NCBI GenBank assembly: GCA_035690885.1
Contig: DASSKC010000062.1
Span: forward strand, 733 to 64,732
Source of the DNA: Oleiagrimonas sp.
GTDB lineage: Bacteria > Pseudomonadota > Gammaproteobacteria > Xanthomonadales > Rhodanobacteraceae
Direction: 5' to 3'
DNA length: 64,000 nt
How positions within the stretch are numbered: position 1 is the first letter of the stretch; the number at the start of each line of letters is the position of its first letter. The notes under the pieces are model-generated. The model worked only from the letters and a program-made list of their open reading frames with translations, was not told the DNA's origin and did no database searches. This document shows positions 29,054 through 40,154 of the stretch, piece by piece. The translations under genes and the position numbers were made by a program.

Positions 29054-30250
29054 ATGTTCGAGTCGGTCGCACGCGTCCCCGGTGACGCCATTCTGGGTTT
29101 GATCCAGCAGTTCAACAACGATCCCAATCCCGCCAAGGTGGATCTGGGCGTTGGCGTGTACAAGGACGTGCAAGGCAATACGCCGATCCTGCGCGCGGTC
29201 AAGGCGGCCGAACAGACGCTGGTCGATGGCGAGAAGACCAAGTCGTACATCGGCTCGCATGGCGACCCTCGTTATGGCGAACATGTCCTGAGCATGGTGT
29301 TCGGCGCCGACAGCAAGATCCTGGTCGACCGTCGCGCTTCGGCGACCCAGGCGCCGGGTGGCACCGGCGCGCTGCGTCTGGCTGCCGATTTCGTTGCCGC
29401 CCAGCTGCCGGGCAAGTCACTGTGGTTGCCGGAGCCGACCTGGCCGAACCACATCGCCATCGCGCATGCCGCCGGCCTCGACATCCAGCGTTACCCGTAC
29501 GTGGATGCCGACAACCGGCTTGATTTCGACGCCATGCTGGCGTGCCTGAAGTCGGTCCCGGAAGGTGACGTCGTGTTGCTGCACGCGTGCTGCCACAACC
29601 CCAGCGGTTTCGATCCCAGTCGCGAGCAGTGGCAACTCATCCTGCAGGCGATCAAGGAGCGCAAGCTGTTGCCGTTGGTCGACTTCGCCTATCAGGGCTT
29701 TGGCGACGGTCTGGACGACGATGCCTATGCCGTGCGTCTGCTGGCCGAGAACCTCGACGAGATGCTGATCACGCAGTCGTGCTCGAAGAATTTCGGCCTG
29801 TACCGCGAACGCACGGGTTGCTTCATCGCCGTGGCAAAAAATGCCGAGAGCATGGCCGATGTGCGTTCGCAGCTGGCGGTCACCGCGCGTGCCAACTATT
29901 CCAACCCGCCGGCACATGGTGCCGCCGTGGTCACGGCGATCCTCGATTCGGACGAATTGCGGGTCATGTGGGAGCGCGAGCTCGACGAGATGCGCGACCG
30001 CATAAACGGCATGCGCCGCAAGCTGGTCGATGGCATGGAACCGCATGGCCTGCGCGAGCGCTTCGCGTTCGTGGCCGCGCAACGCGGCATGTTTTCCTAC
30101 ACCGGCTTGAGCTCCGAGCAGGTGACGGTGCTGCGTGACAAGCACAGCATCTACATGGTCGGTTCGGGTCGTGCCAATGTAGCCGGCTTGAGCGATGCCA
30201 ACATCGGCTACGTGTGCCAGGCCATTGCCGACGTGACCGGCAACGGCTGA
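29054..30250 (+). CDS. Aromatic-amino-acid / aspartate aminotransferase (class I, AspC/TyrB type)
   Basis: MFE..V...GDAILGL, LHACCHNPSG, SCSKNFGLYRERTG (PLP-binding Lys). SD 'aggaag' lies upstream of ATG 29054. Confidence 0.9.
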   Translation: MFESVARVPGDAILGLIQQFNNDPNPAKVDLGVGVYKDVQGNTPILRAVKAAEQTLVDGEKTKSYIGSHGDPRYGEHVLSMVFGADSKILVDRRASATQAPGGTGALRLAADFVAAQLPGKSLWLPEPTWPNHIAIAHAAGLDIQRYPYVDADNRLDFDAMLACLKSVPEGDVVLLHACCHNPSGFDPSREQWQLILQAIKERKLLPLVDFAYQGFGDGLDDDAYAVRLLAENLDEMLITQSCSKNFGLYRERTGCFIAVAKNAESMADVRSQLAVTARANYSNPPAHGAAVVTAILDSDELRVMWERELDEMRDRINGMRRKLVDGMEPHGLRERFAFVAAQRGMFSYTGLSSEQVTVLRDKHSIYMVGSGRANVAGLSDANIGYVCQAIADVTGNG

Positions 30251-30468
30251 CGCGCTCCGGCGACACCCGGCGCGAAGCCGGGGTGAACATGCCTTCGTGT
30301 TTCTGCAATACTCGGGATGCGCGACGAGGGAGGCTGGGTGGTCCCGGGTGCCACGTGTTTGCTCGCGCGCATCTCACCCAATTTGTTGATGACGCGGACG
30401 GAACTGCAGCAAGTGAGCGGTCCTGTCCGTGTCTTGTGATGTCCGTCCGCCGTTTGCGCGGAGTAGTC

Positions 30469-31443
30469 ATGATGCGTTTGCGTAGCTTGTGGATTCCTTT
30501 CATGGCGGTCTTGCTGGCCGCCTGCAGTCCGTCCCCCGGCTCCAAGGCGGCGCCGGACGCCAAGGCACCTGTTCCCGACATGACGGCCCTGTCGGCCGCA
30601 TTGCATGCACGCATCGAGCGTGCTCCGGGCACCATTGCCGTCGACTTGATCGACCTCGGCAGCGGCGCGCATCTGGCGATCAACCAGGACGTGATGATGC
30701 ATGCGGCCAGCACCATGAAGGTGCCGGTGATGCTGGAGCTGTTCCGCCAGGCCGACGCCGGGCGTTTTTCGCTGGATGACAAGATCCGGGTCAAGAACAC
30801 CTTCACCAGTCTTGCCGATGGCAGCACCTATTCGCTGCCGCCATCGTCGGACAGCGAGACCAAGCTTTACGCCAGGGTCGGCGACAAGTTGACGATACGC
30901 AACCTGCTGCAGCGCATGATCACGCGCTCGTCGAACCTGGCCACCAACAACCTGATCGAGCTGGTCGGTCCGAAGAACGTCGAGAAGACCATGCGTGCGA
31001 TCGGCGCCGACGGCATGCACGTGCGACGCGGCGTGGAAGACCTGAAGGCGTATCGCGCAGGCATCAACAACCGGACCACGGCGGCAGCGCTGGCGCGGAT
31101 CATGGATGTGATCGCGCGTTGCGCCAACCCGGAGTCGGGTTTCAAGTTCACCGGTCGCCTTGCGCCACTGGATACGAAGTCCTGCAAGGGCATGCTGGAC
31201 ATCCTGCTGGCACAGAAGCTCAATTCGTTGATACCCGCGGGCCTTCCCGAGGGCGTGCCGGTGGCGCACAAGACCGGCTCGATCACCAAAATCCATCATG
31301 ATGCGGCGATCGTCTATCCGAACGACCGAGCGCCCTATGTGCTCGTCGTCATGACGCACGGCATCGCCGACCCGGACCAGAGTGCCGCGATCGCCGCGGA
31401 CATTTCGCACCTGGTGTGGCAGGCACTGGTCGGCAAGCCATAG
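30469..31443 (+). CDS. Class A beta-lactamase-related serine hydrolase, lipoprotein
   Basis: Lipobox LLAAC. SxxK = STMK; SDN-loop analogue [12 protein letters not shown] = HKTGS. The substrate is unknown. Confidence 0.8.
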   Translation: MMRLRSLWIPFMAVLLAACSPSPGSKAAPDAKAPVPDMTALSAALHARIERAPGTIAVDLIDLGSGAHLAINQDVMMHAASTMKVPVMLELFRQADAGRFSLDDKIRVKNTFTSLADGSTYSLPPSSDSETKLYARVGDKLTIRNLLQRMITRSSNLATNNLIELVGPKNVEKTMRAIGADGMHVRRGVEDLKAYRAGINNRTTAAALARIMDVIARCANPESGFKFTGRLAPLDTKSCKGMLDILLAQKLNSLIPAGLPEGVPVAHKTGSITKIHHDAAIVYPNDRAPYVLVVMTHGIADPDQSAAIAADISHLVWQALVGKP

Positions 31444-31475
31444 GTGCGCGGTCGCAAAACAAGGGACTTTCGACC

Positions 31476-32639
31476 ATGATCATTTCCGCATCCACCGACT
31501 ACCGTGCGGCGGCGAAACGCCGCTTGCCGCCGTTCCTGTTCCACTACATCGACGGCGGCGCTTACGCCGAGCACACCCTGCGACGCAACGTCGACGATCT
31601 TGCCGACATCGCCTTGCGTCAGCGCGTGTTGAACGACATGTCGCAGCTGGATCTGGGCGTCCGCTTGTTCGACCGCGACTTGTCGATGCCGGTGGCGCTG
31701 GGACCGGTGGGTCTGACCGGCATGTACGCGCGTCGCGGCGAGGTGCAGGCGGCGCGCGCCGCCGATGCGCAGGGCGTACCGTTCACCTTGTCCACGGTGT
31801 CGGTGTGTCCGATCGAAGAGGTCGCGCCGGCGATCAAGCAGCCGATGTGGTTTCAGCTGTACGTGCTCAAGGACCGCGGCTTCATGCGCAGCGTCCTGGA
31901 GCGGGCACGTGCCGCCGGCGTCACGACCCTCGTGTTCACCGTGGACATGCCGGTGCCGGGCGCCCGCTATCGTGACGCGCATTCGGGCATGAGCGGGCCG
32001 CACGCGGCCATGCGTCGTTATCTGCAGGCGGTCATGCACCCGCGTTGGGCCTGGGATGTCGGCTTGCGCGGCCGGCCGCATGATCTGGGCAACGTGTCGC
32101 GCTATCTGGGCAAGCCGACCGGACTGGAGGATTACATCGGCTGGCTGGGCGCCAACTTCGATCCGTCGATCTCGTGGCAGGACCTGGAGTGGATACGCGA
32201 GTTCTGGGACGGTCCGATGATCATCAAGGGCATCCTCGATCCGGACGACGCGCGTGACGCCGTGCGCTTCGGGGCCGATGGCGTGATCGTGTCCAATCAT
32301 GGCGGTCGCCAGCTGGACGGAACGTTGTCGACGGCGCGAGCCTTGCCGCCCATCGTCGATGCGGTGAAGGGCGAGCTGGCGATCCTGTCCGACTCCGGCG
32401 TGCGTACCGGTCTGGATGTCGTGCGCATGCTGGCGCTGGGTGCCGACACGGTGCTGCTGGGCCGCGCTTGGGTGTATGCACTGGCCACGCACGGTGAGGC
32501 GGGCGTAGCCAATCTGCTGTCGCTGATCGAGAGCGAGATGCGCGTGGCCATGACCTTGACCGGTGCGCGCCGTATTGCCGATATCTCGCCCGCGCTGCTC
32601 GCCGAGCACCGGCACGCCGGGACGAGCACAGCCGGTTGA
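31476..32639 (+). CDS. lldD: FMN-dependent L-lactate dehydrogenase
   Basis: [28 protein letters not shown]..., SNHGGRQLD. 387 aa from ATG 31476. Confidence 0.9.
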   Translation: MIISASTDYRAAAKRRLPPFLFHYIDGGAYAEHTLRRNVDDLADIALRQRVLNDMSQLDLGVRLFDRDLSMPVALGPVGLTGMYARRGEVQAARAADAQGVPFTLSTVSVCPIEEVAPAIKQPMWFQLYVLKDRGFMRSVLERARAAGVTTLVFTVDMPVPGARYRDAHSGMSGPHAAMRRYLQAVMHPRWAWDVGLRGRPHDLGNVSRYLGKPTGLEDYIGWLGANFDPSISWQDLEWIREFWDGPMIIKGILDPDDARDAVRFGADGVIVSNHGGRQLDGTLSTARALPPIVDAVKGELAILSDSGVRTGLDVVRMLALGADTVLLGRAWVYALATHGEAGVANLLSLIESEMRVAMTLTGARRIADISPALLAEHRHAGTSTAG

Positions 32640-32730
32640 ATCGGGCTACGATGCCGTGTGCGCGGACGTGGCAGCCGATATCGGCTTCCGCGTCCGTTTG
32701 TTGATACGCTCCCAGGGAGTTCTGCCCACC

Positions 32731-34077
32731 ATGCAAGGCTCGAAGGCCCCGGTACTGGCGCGTCGCCTGAAGAACCGTCACATCCAGTTGATCGCGCTGG
32801 GCGGAGCCATTGGCACGGGGCTGTTCTATGGCGTGGCCGAGTCGATCGCGCTGGCCGGTCCGGCCATCGTGCTGGCCTACCTGATCGGCGGCGGCATCAT
32901 TTACCTGATCATGCGCATGCTCGGCGAGATGAGCACGCAGGAGCCGGTCGCCGGCGCATTCAGCGATTTCGCCTACCGTTACTGGGGTGGGTTTGCCGGT
33001 TTTCTGTCGGGCTGGAATTACTGGCTCATGTACGTGCTGGTCAGCATGGCCGAGTTGACGGTGGTGGGCATGTACGTCGCGCACTGGTTTCCGGATTTTC
33101 CCGGCTGGATCGCGGCGCTCCTGGTCTGGGCGTTGGTGACCGGGATCAACCTGACCCACGTGAAGTTCTTCGGCGAGTTCGAGTTCTGGCTGGCGCTGAT
33201 CAAGATCGTCGCCGTGATCGGCATGATCGTGCTGGGCGTGGTGTTGATCGCCACGCATGCATCCAGACCCACGACGGGAATCTCCAACTTCTGGAGCTAC
33301 GGCGGCTTTCTGCCCAACGGCATGCATGGCTTGCTGCTGTCGCTGGTGTTGGTGATGTTTTCCTTCGGTGGCACCGAGCTGATCGGCATCACCGCGGGTG
33401 AAACCAGCGACCCGACACGCAGCATTCCCAAGGCCATCAACCAGGTGTTGTGGCGCGTGCTGCTGTTTTACATCGGCTCGGTCGGCATGCTCGTGATGCT
33501 GTATCCGTGGAACGCGATCGGCACCGCCGGCAGCCCGTTCGTGCTGGTGTTCCAGGACCTGGGCATTCCGGCTGCGCCGGACATCATCAATCTGGTGGTG
33601 CTGATCGCGTCGATTTCGGTCTACAACAGCGGCATGTACAGCAACGGTCGCATGCTCTACAGCCTGGCCGAGCAGGGCAATGCGCCGCGCATGTTCATGC
33701 GTCTGGGCCGCCGTCAGGTGCCGTGGATCGGCGTGCTGTTTTCCTCGGCCTGCACCTTCGTGGTGGTGGTCATCAACTATCTGGTGCCCGATGGCGCGTT
33801 CATGCGGGTGATGGCGTTGGCCACGGCGGCGGCGGCCTTGACGTGGATGATGATCGTCCTGGTGCACCTGAAATTCCGCAAGGCGCACAGGCGCGCCGAT
33901 CTTCACTTTGCCTCGCCCTGGTACCCCTTGGCCAATTACCTGTGCGTGGCGTTCCTGTTGCTGGTGGTCGGCATGATGACCCAGCTCGACTCGATGCGAC
34001 CAGCGGTGTGGGTGCTGCCGATCTGGCTGCTGGTGTTGTATGGCGGATATCGCCTGCGGCAGTGGCGGGCCGCCTGA
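32731..34077 (+). CDS. Amino acid permease (APC superfamily, AroP/CycA-like)
   Basis: LKNRHIQLIALGGAIGTGLF signature. 448 aa from ATG 32731, with 'gggag' upstream. Confidence 0.9.
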   Translation: MQGSKAPVLARRLKNRHIQLIALGGAIGTGLFYGVAESIALAGPAIVLAYLIGGGIIYLIMRMLGEMSTQEPVAGAFSDFAYRYWGGFAGFLSGWNYWLMYVLVSMAELTVVGMYVAHWFPDFPGWIAALLVWALVTGINLTHVKFFGEFEFWLALIKIVAVIGMIVLGVVLIATHASRPTTGISNFWSYGGFLPNGMHGLLLSLVLVMFSFGGTELIGITAGETSDPTRSIPKAINQVLWRVLLFYIGSVGMLVMLYPWNAIGTAGSPFVLVFQDLGIPAAPDIINLVVLIASISVYNSGMYSNGRMLYSLAEQGNAPRMFMRLGRRQVPWIGVLFSSACTFVVVVINYLVPDGAFMRVMALATAAAALTWMMIVLVHLKFRKAHRRADLHFASPWYPLANYLCVAFLLLVVGMMTQLDSMRPAVWVLPIWLLVLYGGYRLRQWRAA

Positions 34078-34131
34078 CGTCGACGATCCGTATCATGATT
34101 TTATTGCATCCCGATACAGGCGGGCACGTGC

Positions 34132-34206
34132 AGGTCGCGTTGGCCTCATCAACCCGACACGGCGTGAGGCGATACGGATGTCGGGTTGATAAAGCCAACC
34201 CGACCT
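34132..34206. repeat. REP-like palindromic element, copy 2 (opposite orientation, diverged)
   Basis: aggtcgcgttggcctcatcaacccgac ... gtcgggttgataaagccaacccgacct. The spacer ends in cgatacggat, which is the reverse complement of the copy-1 spacer start. Confidence 0.8.
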
Positions 34207-34401
34207 ACACAACTTTCACGGCGGGTACAGGCGGCGACTTGTAGAGTGCGCGCCTCGTGCCGGGAGTGAAACCGGCACTCCCGTCGATTTGATCCGTCGT
34301 GTCCCGTGCTCGTGCACACCGAAAGGCCTTCCGCTTGCGGAGGGCCGGTCGTCGTGGCTGCACGGGTGTGCGCGACATGCCACTGACTGCATACTGTGAA
34401 C

Positions 34402-35589
34402 ATGGAACACCAGACATCTACCGACGCTTACGCGCCACGCTCGCGCCGTGCCATGGTGGCGCTGGCTGTCGGCAGCTTCGCCATCGGCACCGGCGAGTTC
34501 GTCATCATGGGTCTGTTGCCCAATGTGGCCCATGACATCGGCGTGAGCATCCCGGATGCCGGTGACCTGATCAGTGCCTATGCACTCGGCGTCGTGATCG
34601 GTGCCCCGGTGCTTGCGGTGTTGGCGGCGCGCTGGCCGCGGCGCACGCTGTTGATCGCGCTGGCGGCATTTTACGGAGCGGCGAATATCGTCGTGGCATG
34701 CATGCCCGGGTACTGGTCGCTGGCGGCGGCGCGGTTTGCGTCGGGGTTCCCGCACGGCACCTATTTCGGCGTGGCCTCGCTGGTGGCCGCGACACTGGCA
34801 CCGCCTGGACGGCGCAGCCAGGCGGTTGGCTACGTGATGCTGGGCTTGAGCATCGCGATACTGGCCGGGGCACCGCTGGCAACCTGGATGGGGCAGCAGT
34901 TCGGGTGGCGTTCGGCGTACGTGTTCGTCGGCGTGTGCGCGCTGGTCGCCGCGGCCTCGATACGTGGTTGCGTGCCGTACTTTCCGCCGATCGCCAACGC
35001 CAGTCCGATGCGCGAAATCGGCGCATTGCGGAACCCGCAGGTGTGGCTGACGCTGGGCATCGCGGGGATCGGGTTCGGCGGCATGTTCTGTGTGTTCAGC
35101 TATATCAAGCCGACGCTGTTGCAGGTCACGCATCTGGACGTGTCCTGGATTCCGTGGGCCATGGCCGTGTTCGGTCTCGGTTGCGTGACCGGCAATCTCG
35201 TTGGCCCGCGTCTGGCCGACCGTGCGTTGATGAAGACCATTGGCGGGATACTGGTATATGCCGCGTTGTTGCTGGTGATTTTCGGATGGCTGGTGCACTA
35301 CATGCCGACGGCTCTGCTCGGTCTGTTCCTGCTCGGCGGTGTCGGCGCGCTGGGGCCGGCGTTGCAGGTTCGCCTGATGGACGTGGCCGGCGACGCGCAG
35401 ACATTGGCCGCCGCGCTCAACCATTCGGCGTTCAACTTTGCCAATGCCCTGGGCGCCTGGCTGGGTGGCGTGGTCATCATCATGGGGCTGGGTTGGACGT
35501 CGCTCGGGTGGGTCGGTGCATTGCTGTCCGTCGGCGGCTTGTTGATGCTGGTCGCCTCGCTTGCACACCAGCGCAGGGCGGCCGCATAG
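34402..35589 (+). CDS. MFS transporter (YdhP/NepI-like efflux type)
   Basis: GTGEFVIMGLLPNVAHDIGVSIPDAGDLISAYALGVVIGAP is typical of this MFS subgroup. A GTG at 34396 is an alternative start. Confidence 0.85.
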   Translation: MEHQTSTDAYAPRSRRAMVALAVGSFAIGTGEFVIMGLLPNVAHDIGVSIPDAGDLISAYALGVVIGAPVLAVLAARWPRRTLLIALAAFYGAANIVVACMPGYWSLAAARFASGFPHGTYFGVASLVAATLAPPGRRSQAVGYVMLGLSIAILAGAPLATWMGQQFGWRSAYVFVGVCALVAAASIRGCVPYFPPIANASPMREIGALRNPQVWLTLGIAGIGFGGMFCVFSYIKPTLLQVTHLDVSWIPWAMAVFGLGCVTGNLVGPRLADRALMKTIGGILVYAALLLVIFGWLVHYMPTALLGLFLLGGVGALGPALQVRLMDVAGDAQTLAAALNHSAFNFANALGAWLGGVVIIMGLGWTSLGWVGALLSVGGLLMLVASLAHQRRAAA

Positions 35590-35624
35590 CCTGTTCGGAT
35601 CGGGCCGTTGCGAGGAAGCCGTGA

Positions 35625-37322
35625 TTATCTGAAATCGGTATCGAAGTATTCGCCGTCGAGCCGTTCGTCCGGGGTGCGTTGCATTTCGGCGCGGCGCAGC
35701 TCGACGCGGCGGATCTTGCCGGACATGGTCTTGGGCAGGTCGTGGAACTCCAGCCGCCGGATGCGCTTGTACGGCGCCAGTCGCTCGCGGATGAACATGA
35801 GTATCTCGCCGGCCAGTTCGGTGCTCGCCTCGCGCCCGACGACCAGGGTGACGAACGCCTTGGGGACCGACATGCGCACCGGGTCCGGGCTGGGGATGAC
35901 GGCGGCTTCGGCCACTGCCGGATGCTCGATCAGCGCGCTTTCCAGTTCGAATGGGCTGATGCGGTAGTCCGACGACTTGAACACGTCGTCGGCACGACCG
36001 ACGTAGGTGATGTAGCCGTCGGCATCGCGTGAACCGACGTCGCCGGTTCGGTAGTAGCCGTCGGAGCCGATGTGACGCGTGTGCTCGGGATCGTCCGCGT
36101 ATCCCAGCATCAGGCCCAGCGGGCGCGGGTCCGGAGCCAGCGAGATCTCGCCTTCGTCGGCCCGGTTGCCGTCAATGTCCAGCAGTTCGATGCGATAGCC
36201 GGGCGCCGGCCGCCCCATCGAACCCGGAACCAGCTTCTGACCGGGGCCGTTGCAGGCGATGGCCGTGGTTTCGGTCTGGCCGTAGCCGTCGCGGATGCTC
36301 AGCCCCCAGGCCTTTTCCACTTGCGAGATCACCTCGCTGTTGAGCGGCTCGCCGGCGCTGGCCAGCTCACGCAGCTTGACCTTGCGCGCCGCCAGATCCT
36401 GCTGGATGAGCATGCGCCAGACGGTCGGCGGCGCGCACATCGTGGTGACCTCGTGATCGACCATCGTGTCGAGCAGGCCGGCGGCGTCAAAACGCGGGCT
36501 GTTGTAGATGAACACGGTGGCGGCGGCATTCCAGGGCGCGAACAGGCAGCTCCAGGCATGCTTGGCCCAACCCGGCGAGCTGACGTTGAGGTGGATGTCG
36601 CCGGGCTGGATGCCGACCCAGTACATCGTCGACAAATGCCCGACCGGGTAGCTCTGGTGCGAATGCATGACCAGCTTCGGTTTGGAGGTGGTGCCCGAGG
36701 TGAAGTACAGCAGCATCGGGTCGTCCGCGTGCGTCGGCGCGTCCGGACTGAAGCTGTCGGGCGCGTTGGCCGATTCGTTGAAGTCGTGCCAGCCGGCGAC
36801 AGCGTCACCCACCGCGATGCGTGTGAAGCTGCGGTCGATATCGTCGAATGCACCGGTCTGGTTGGCATCCACGATGGCATGACTGACTTGGCCGCGTTGC
36901 ATGCGGTCGGCCAGATCGTTGCCGTGCGCCAGCATGGTGGTCGGCACTACCACGGCACCCAGTTTCATCACCGCCAGGGTGGCTTCCCACAGCGGCACCA
37001 CGTTGCCCAGCATCAGCAATACGCGCTCGCCGCGCCTGACGCCCAGCGAGCGCAGGTGATTGGCAACCTGATTGGAACGTGCCGACAGCTCGCCGAAAGT
37101 GCGACGCTGCTCGCTGCCGTCGGCATCGACCAGCCACAACGCCGTGCGCGTGGCGGTATCACCTTGTGCCAGGCTGTCGAAGTAGTCCAGCGCCCAGTTG
37201 AACCGGTCCAGTTGCGGCCAGCGAAAGTCGCGGCAGGCGCGGGCCTGGTCGGTGCGGTGTTCGAGGAGAAAGTCGCGTGCGGCAATGAATCGCTGCAAGG
37301 ATGTGCTGGATTCGGGCATCAT
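35625..37322 (-). CDS. AMP-forming acyl-CoA synthetase / AMP-binding enzyme
   Basis: AMP-binding motif YFTSGTTSKPK, GYGQTET, YRTGD, and C-terminal PKTMSGKIRR. The start is uncertain (ATG at 37322 or 37319). Confidence 0.85.
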   Translation of the reverse strand: MMPESSTSLQRFIAARDFLLEHRTDQARACRDFRWPQLDRFNWALDYFDSLAQGDTATRTALWLVDADGSEQRRTFGELSARSNQVANHLRSLGVRRGERVLLMLGNVVPLWEATLAVMKLGAVVVPTTMLAHGNDLADRMQRGQVSHAIVDANQTGAFDDIDRSFTRIAVGDAVAGWHDFNESANAPDSFSPDAPTHADDPMLLYFTSGTTSKPKLVMHSHQSYPVGHLSTMYWVGIQPGDIHLNVSSPGWAKHAWSCLFAPWNAAATVFIYNSPRFDAAGLLDTMVDHEVTTMCAPPTVWRMLIQQDLAARKVKLRELASAGEPLNSEVISQVEKAWGLSIRDGYGQTETTAIACNGPGQKLVPGSMGRPAPGYRIELLDIDGNRADEGEISLAPDPRPLGLMLGYADDPEHTRHIGSDGYYRTGDVGSRDADGYITYVGRADDVFKSSDYRISPFELESALIEHPAVAEAAVIPSPDPVRMSVPKAFVTLVVGREASTELAGEILMFIRERLAPYKRIRRLEFHDLPKTMSGKIRRVELRRAEMQRTPDERLDGEYFDTDFR

Positions 37323-37432
37323 TTTCTCTGCTGATGAATACCGTTTCATTAGAGCACTCGGAACGTGGTCCGACAATCGACCGGGTGCGGGCCATCGTGG
37401 CATGGTTTTTTGCGTTCAACTGGAGAGGCGTC

Positions 37433-37936
37433 GTGGCAATAGATTCCAGCGGCAAGAAGAATGCGGCATCGGCGGCACGTTTGACCACGTGCCTGCCGTT
37501 TGTCGTACTCGGCATTGTCGCGATTGTCAGCGGTGGCGTGATCGCGGCGGCCATCGCGCATCAGCCATCCCGGTCACTGGTATGGATGGTTGCCTACTTG
37601 GTGCTGGTCGTGGGTGTCGTGCAGATCGTCTTCGGAGCGGGCCAGGCATGGCTTGCCGCGCGTGTTCCGACACGGAGCACGACGTGGGGTCAGTGGCTGG
37701 TGTTCAACGTCGCCAATGCCTGCGTGATTGTCGGGACACTGTGCAACAGCACGGACCTGGTGGCTCTCGGCACGGTGGCGTTCGTGCTCGCGCTGGCGTG
37801 GTTCTTGTGGGGCGTGCATCGCTGTCGTCATGGCGGATGGGGCATCGCGTACCGCGTGCTGCTGGCACTGATGCTGGTCAGTGCCAATGTCGGCCTGGTG
37901 CTGTCGGTGGTTTCCCATGCGGGCTATGCGGGCTGA
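37433..37936 (+). CDS. Hypothetical membrane protein (about 5 TM)
   Basis: Hydrophobic 167-aa product from GTG 37433, with 'ggagagg' 7 nt upstream. No family recognised. Confidence 0.5.
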   Translation: MAIDSSGKKNAASAARLTTCLPFVVLGIVAIVSGGVIAAAIAHQPSRSLVWMVAYLVLVVGVVQIVFGAGQAWLAARVPTRSTTWGQWLVFNVANACVIVGTLCNSTDLVALGTVAFVLALAWFLWGVHRCRHGGWGIAYRVLLALMLVSANVGLVLSVVSHAGYAG

Positions 37937-38045
37937 GCGAGCGCCATGATCGGCAAGGGCATGAACAAACAGCGATGGATCATGTTTCAACGACGGGGCA
38001 GTGCGATAGCATGATTGCGTGTCAGTTCAGTGTTCGTTGACGTCC

Positions 38046-38771
38046 ATGCGCTCAGAGGCCCTTGCCAATCCGTTCAATGCCTTTCCCCGTCCGGCATCGC
38101 ATGCCGCGGGAACGTCTTCGCGGATGCGCGGAGCGTGGCTGGGTGCCGGCGCAACTTGTCTGGTCGCGCGCGCGGGCGACGACGCCATCGCGATGCCTGC
38201 GGGGCTGGACACCACGGCCGTCAATCGTGCCCGGCATGATATTGCCGGTCTGGACAGCGTGTGGCTGTTCGGCTACGGCTCGCTGATCTACAAGGTGGAT
38301 TTCCCTTATATCGAGCGTCGGCCGGCCGCCATTCACGGCTGGTCACGGCGCTTGTGGCAGGGCTCGCACGATCACCGCGGCACGCCCGAACATCCCGGGC
38401 GCGTGGCGACGCTGATTGCCGATCGCGACGCGACCTGCGTGGGCATGGCCTACCGCGTCGCGCCGTCCACCTTCGAACAGCTTGATCACCGCGAAAAAAA
38501 TGGCTATCTGCGTTTTGCCACGGAAATGGATTTTGCGGACGGCGCTCGCGCCGAAGGTCTGGTCTATGTCGCGGCCGAAGACAATGAGGCATGGTCGGGA
38601 CCGGCCAGCGAGCGCGACATCGCGCGTCAGGTGGCCGCGTCAACCGGTCCCAGTGGGCCGAACCGCGATTATGTCCTGTTGCTGGCCGATGCATTGCGTG
38701 ATCTGGACACCGAAGACGAGCACATTTTTGCCATCGAGTCCCACCTGCGCGCACTGATCGCGGCGAACTGA
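38046..38771 (+). CDS. chaC: Glutathione-specific gamma-glutamylcyclotransferase (ChaC family)
   Basis: WLFGYGSLIYK...HRGTPEHPGRVATL...REKNGY. The start is uncertain (GTG 38019 or ATG 38046). Confidence 0.8.
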   Translation: MRSEALANPFNAFPRPASHAAGTSSRMRGAWLGAGATCLVARAGDDAIAMPAGLDTTAVNRARHDIAGLDSVWLFGYGSLIYKVDFPYIERRPAAIHGWSRRLWQGSHDHRGTPEHPGRVATLIADRDATCVGMAYRVAPSTFEQLDHREKNGYLRFATEMDFADGARAEGLVYVAAEDNEAWSGPASERDIARQVAASTGPSGPNRDYVLLLADALRDLDTEDEHIFAIESHLRALIAAN

Positions 38772-38870
38772 CGTCCTTCAGCGGGCGGCGGGTATCGGGT
38801 TGCATCGACGTGATATGTTGCCTTTTACACGTTTGGCGGGGCCAGGGGGTTTCGCGGACCATGCAAGGAC

Positions 38871-40154
38871 ATGTCGATGGCGTTTCGCTGGTTGCCTGAT
38901 TCCGAGCAGTATGTGCACCCGCGCTTGTCATGGTTGCTGCAATACGCATTTGATGTGGTGTTGCATCGCATGTTCCGCGTCGATCACGACCTGCCCGCGG
39001 ATTTCAAGTTGCGACCGGGCACGATGATCATCTCCAACCACTTGCGTGACTCGGATGCGCCGCTGCTGGGTGCGCAGCTGTTTGCGCGCGATGGCGTGTA
39101 TTTTCGCGGAGCGTTGCCGTACTTCGCCATGCGCGAGGACCTGTTCCAGCACGGCGCCCTGGCCAACCTGCTCTACGCTTGCCCGCGGCCGTGGATCCAC
39201 CTGTTGCGCCTGGTGTCGTTGAACTGGCTGTTCGGCAGCGTGCGTACGTTGCCGATGCGTCGGCTGCGGGAGTTTACCTGGCACGACACGTTGCGCGAGC
39301 TCGAACGCGTCGGTCTTGGATCGAGTCACCCCGAGGCGGTCTTCAATGCCCGAGGCCTGCGCGAGTTGCGCCGGCAGCTGCACGAGTTGCCGCAGCGCGT
39401 GGATGCGATCAACCCCTGGCGGCTGGGCGTGTTGCGCGTGGGCAAGTGGGGGCTGCGGCGGCTGACGCGGCAGGCGCGCGAAAAGCTGGCGCCGGATTTT
39501 CGCGCCACCGTTGCAGACCAACTGGACGATCTGGCACGGCGACTGGATGCCGGCCATTGCCTGTATTTTTCTCCCGAGGGTCATGTGTCGCTTGATGGCC
39601 GCTTCGGCCGCATTCGTGCCGGGACGTGGCGGTTGGGCCGGATGACCGCACGGCCCTTGAACATGTTGCCGTTGACGCTGAGCTACGACCCGCTCGGGCC
39701 GGGGCGTACGCGGGCCATCGTGCGCATGGGCGACATGCTCGAGGATCTGGATCCGGGTGATCCGCGAACGCTCTCGCGGACGGTGCGGCAGACACTGGTC
39801 GCCCGTCGCGTGGTCACGCCCAGCCACCTGCTGGCGCAGTTTCTTTGTGTGCGTGAAACGCCGTTCAGTACGCGCGACCTCGTCGATTGGCTGGAGCAGG
39901 CCAAGCGTGCAACGGCGCAAACCGAACGCGAACTCGACCCGTTGTTTGGACGCATGCACACCGACGCGCTGGTTGACGAGCGCCTGCGCTGGTTGCGCCG
40001 CAAGCATCTGGTCAGGCTCGAGGGCGGGCGCTGGCACAATGATTGGGACCGCGAAGCGCCACCGGGCTGGCTGCAGGTGCACGGCATCGTGCGCTACCTT
40101 GCCAATGCGCTCAAGGACGTGGAGCCGGAGTTGGCGAGAGCGTTGTCATCATGA
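38871..40154 (+). CDS. Lysophospholipid/glycerolipid acyltransferase (PlsC/LPLAT) family protein with an extra C-terminal domain
   Basis: HX4D motif in ISNHLRDSD, and an FSPEG block (YFSPEGHVS). The roughly 150-aa C-terminal extension has no family I recognise. Confidence 0.7.
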   Translation: MSMAFRWLPDSEQYVHPRLSWLLQYAFDVVLHRMFRVDHDLPADFKLRPGTMIISNHLRDSDAPLLGAQLFARDGVYFRGALPYFAMREDLFQHGALANLLYACPRPWIHLLRLVSLNWLFGSVRTLPMRRLREFTWHDTLRELERVGLGSSHPEAVFNARGLRELRRQLHELPQRVDAINPWRLGVLRVGKWGLRRLTRQAREKLAPDFRATVADQLDDLARRLDAGHCLYFSPEGHVSLDGRFGRIRAGTWRLGRMTARPLNMLPLTLSYDPLGPGRTRAIVRMGDMLEDLDPGDPRTLSRTVRQTLVARRVVTPSHLLAQFLCVRETPFSTRDLVDWLEQAKRATAQTERELDPLFGRMHTDALVDERLRWLRRKHLVRLEGGRWHNDWDREAPPGWLQVHGIVRYLANALKDVEPELARALSS

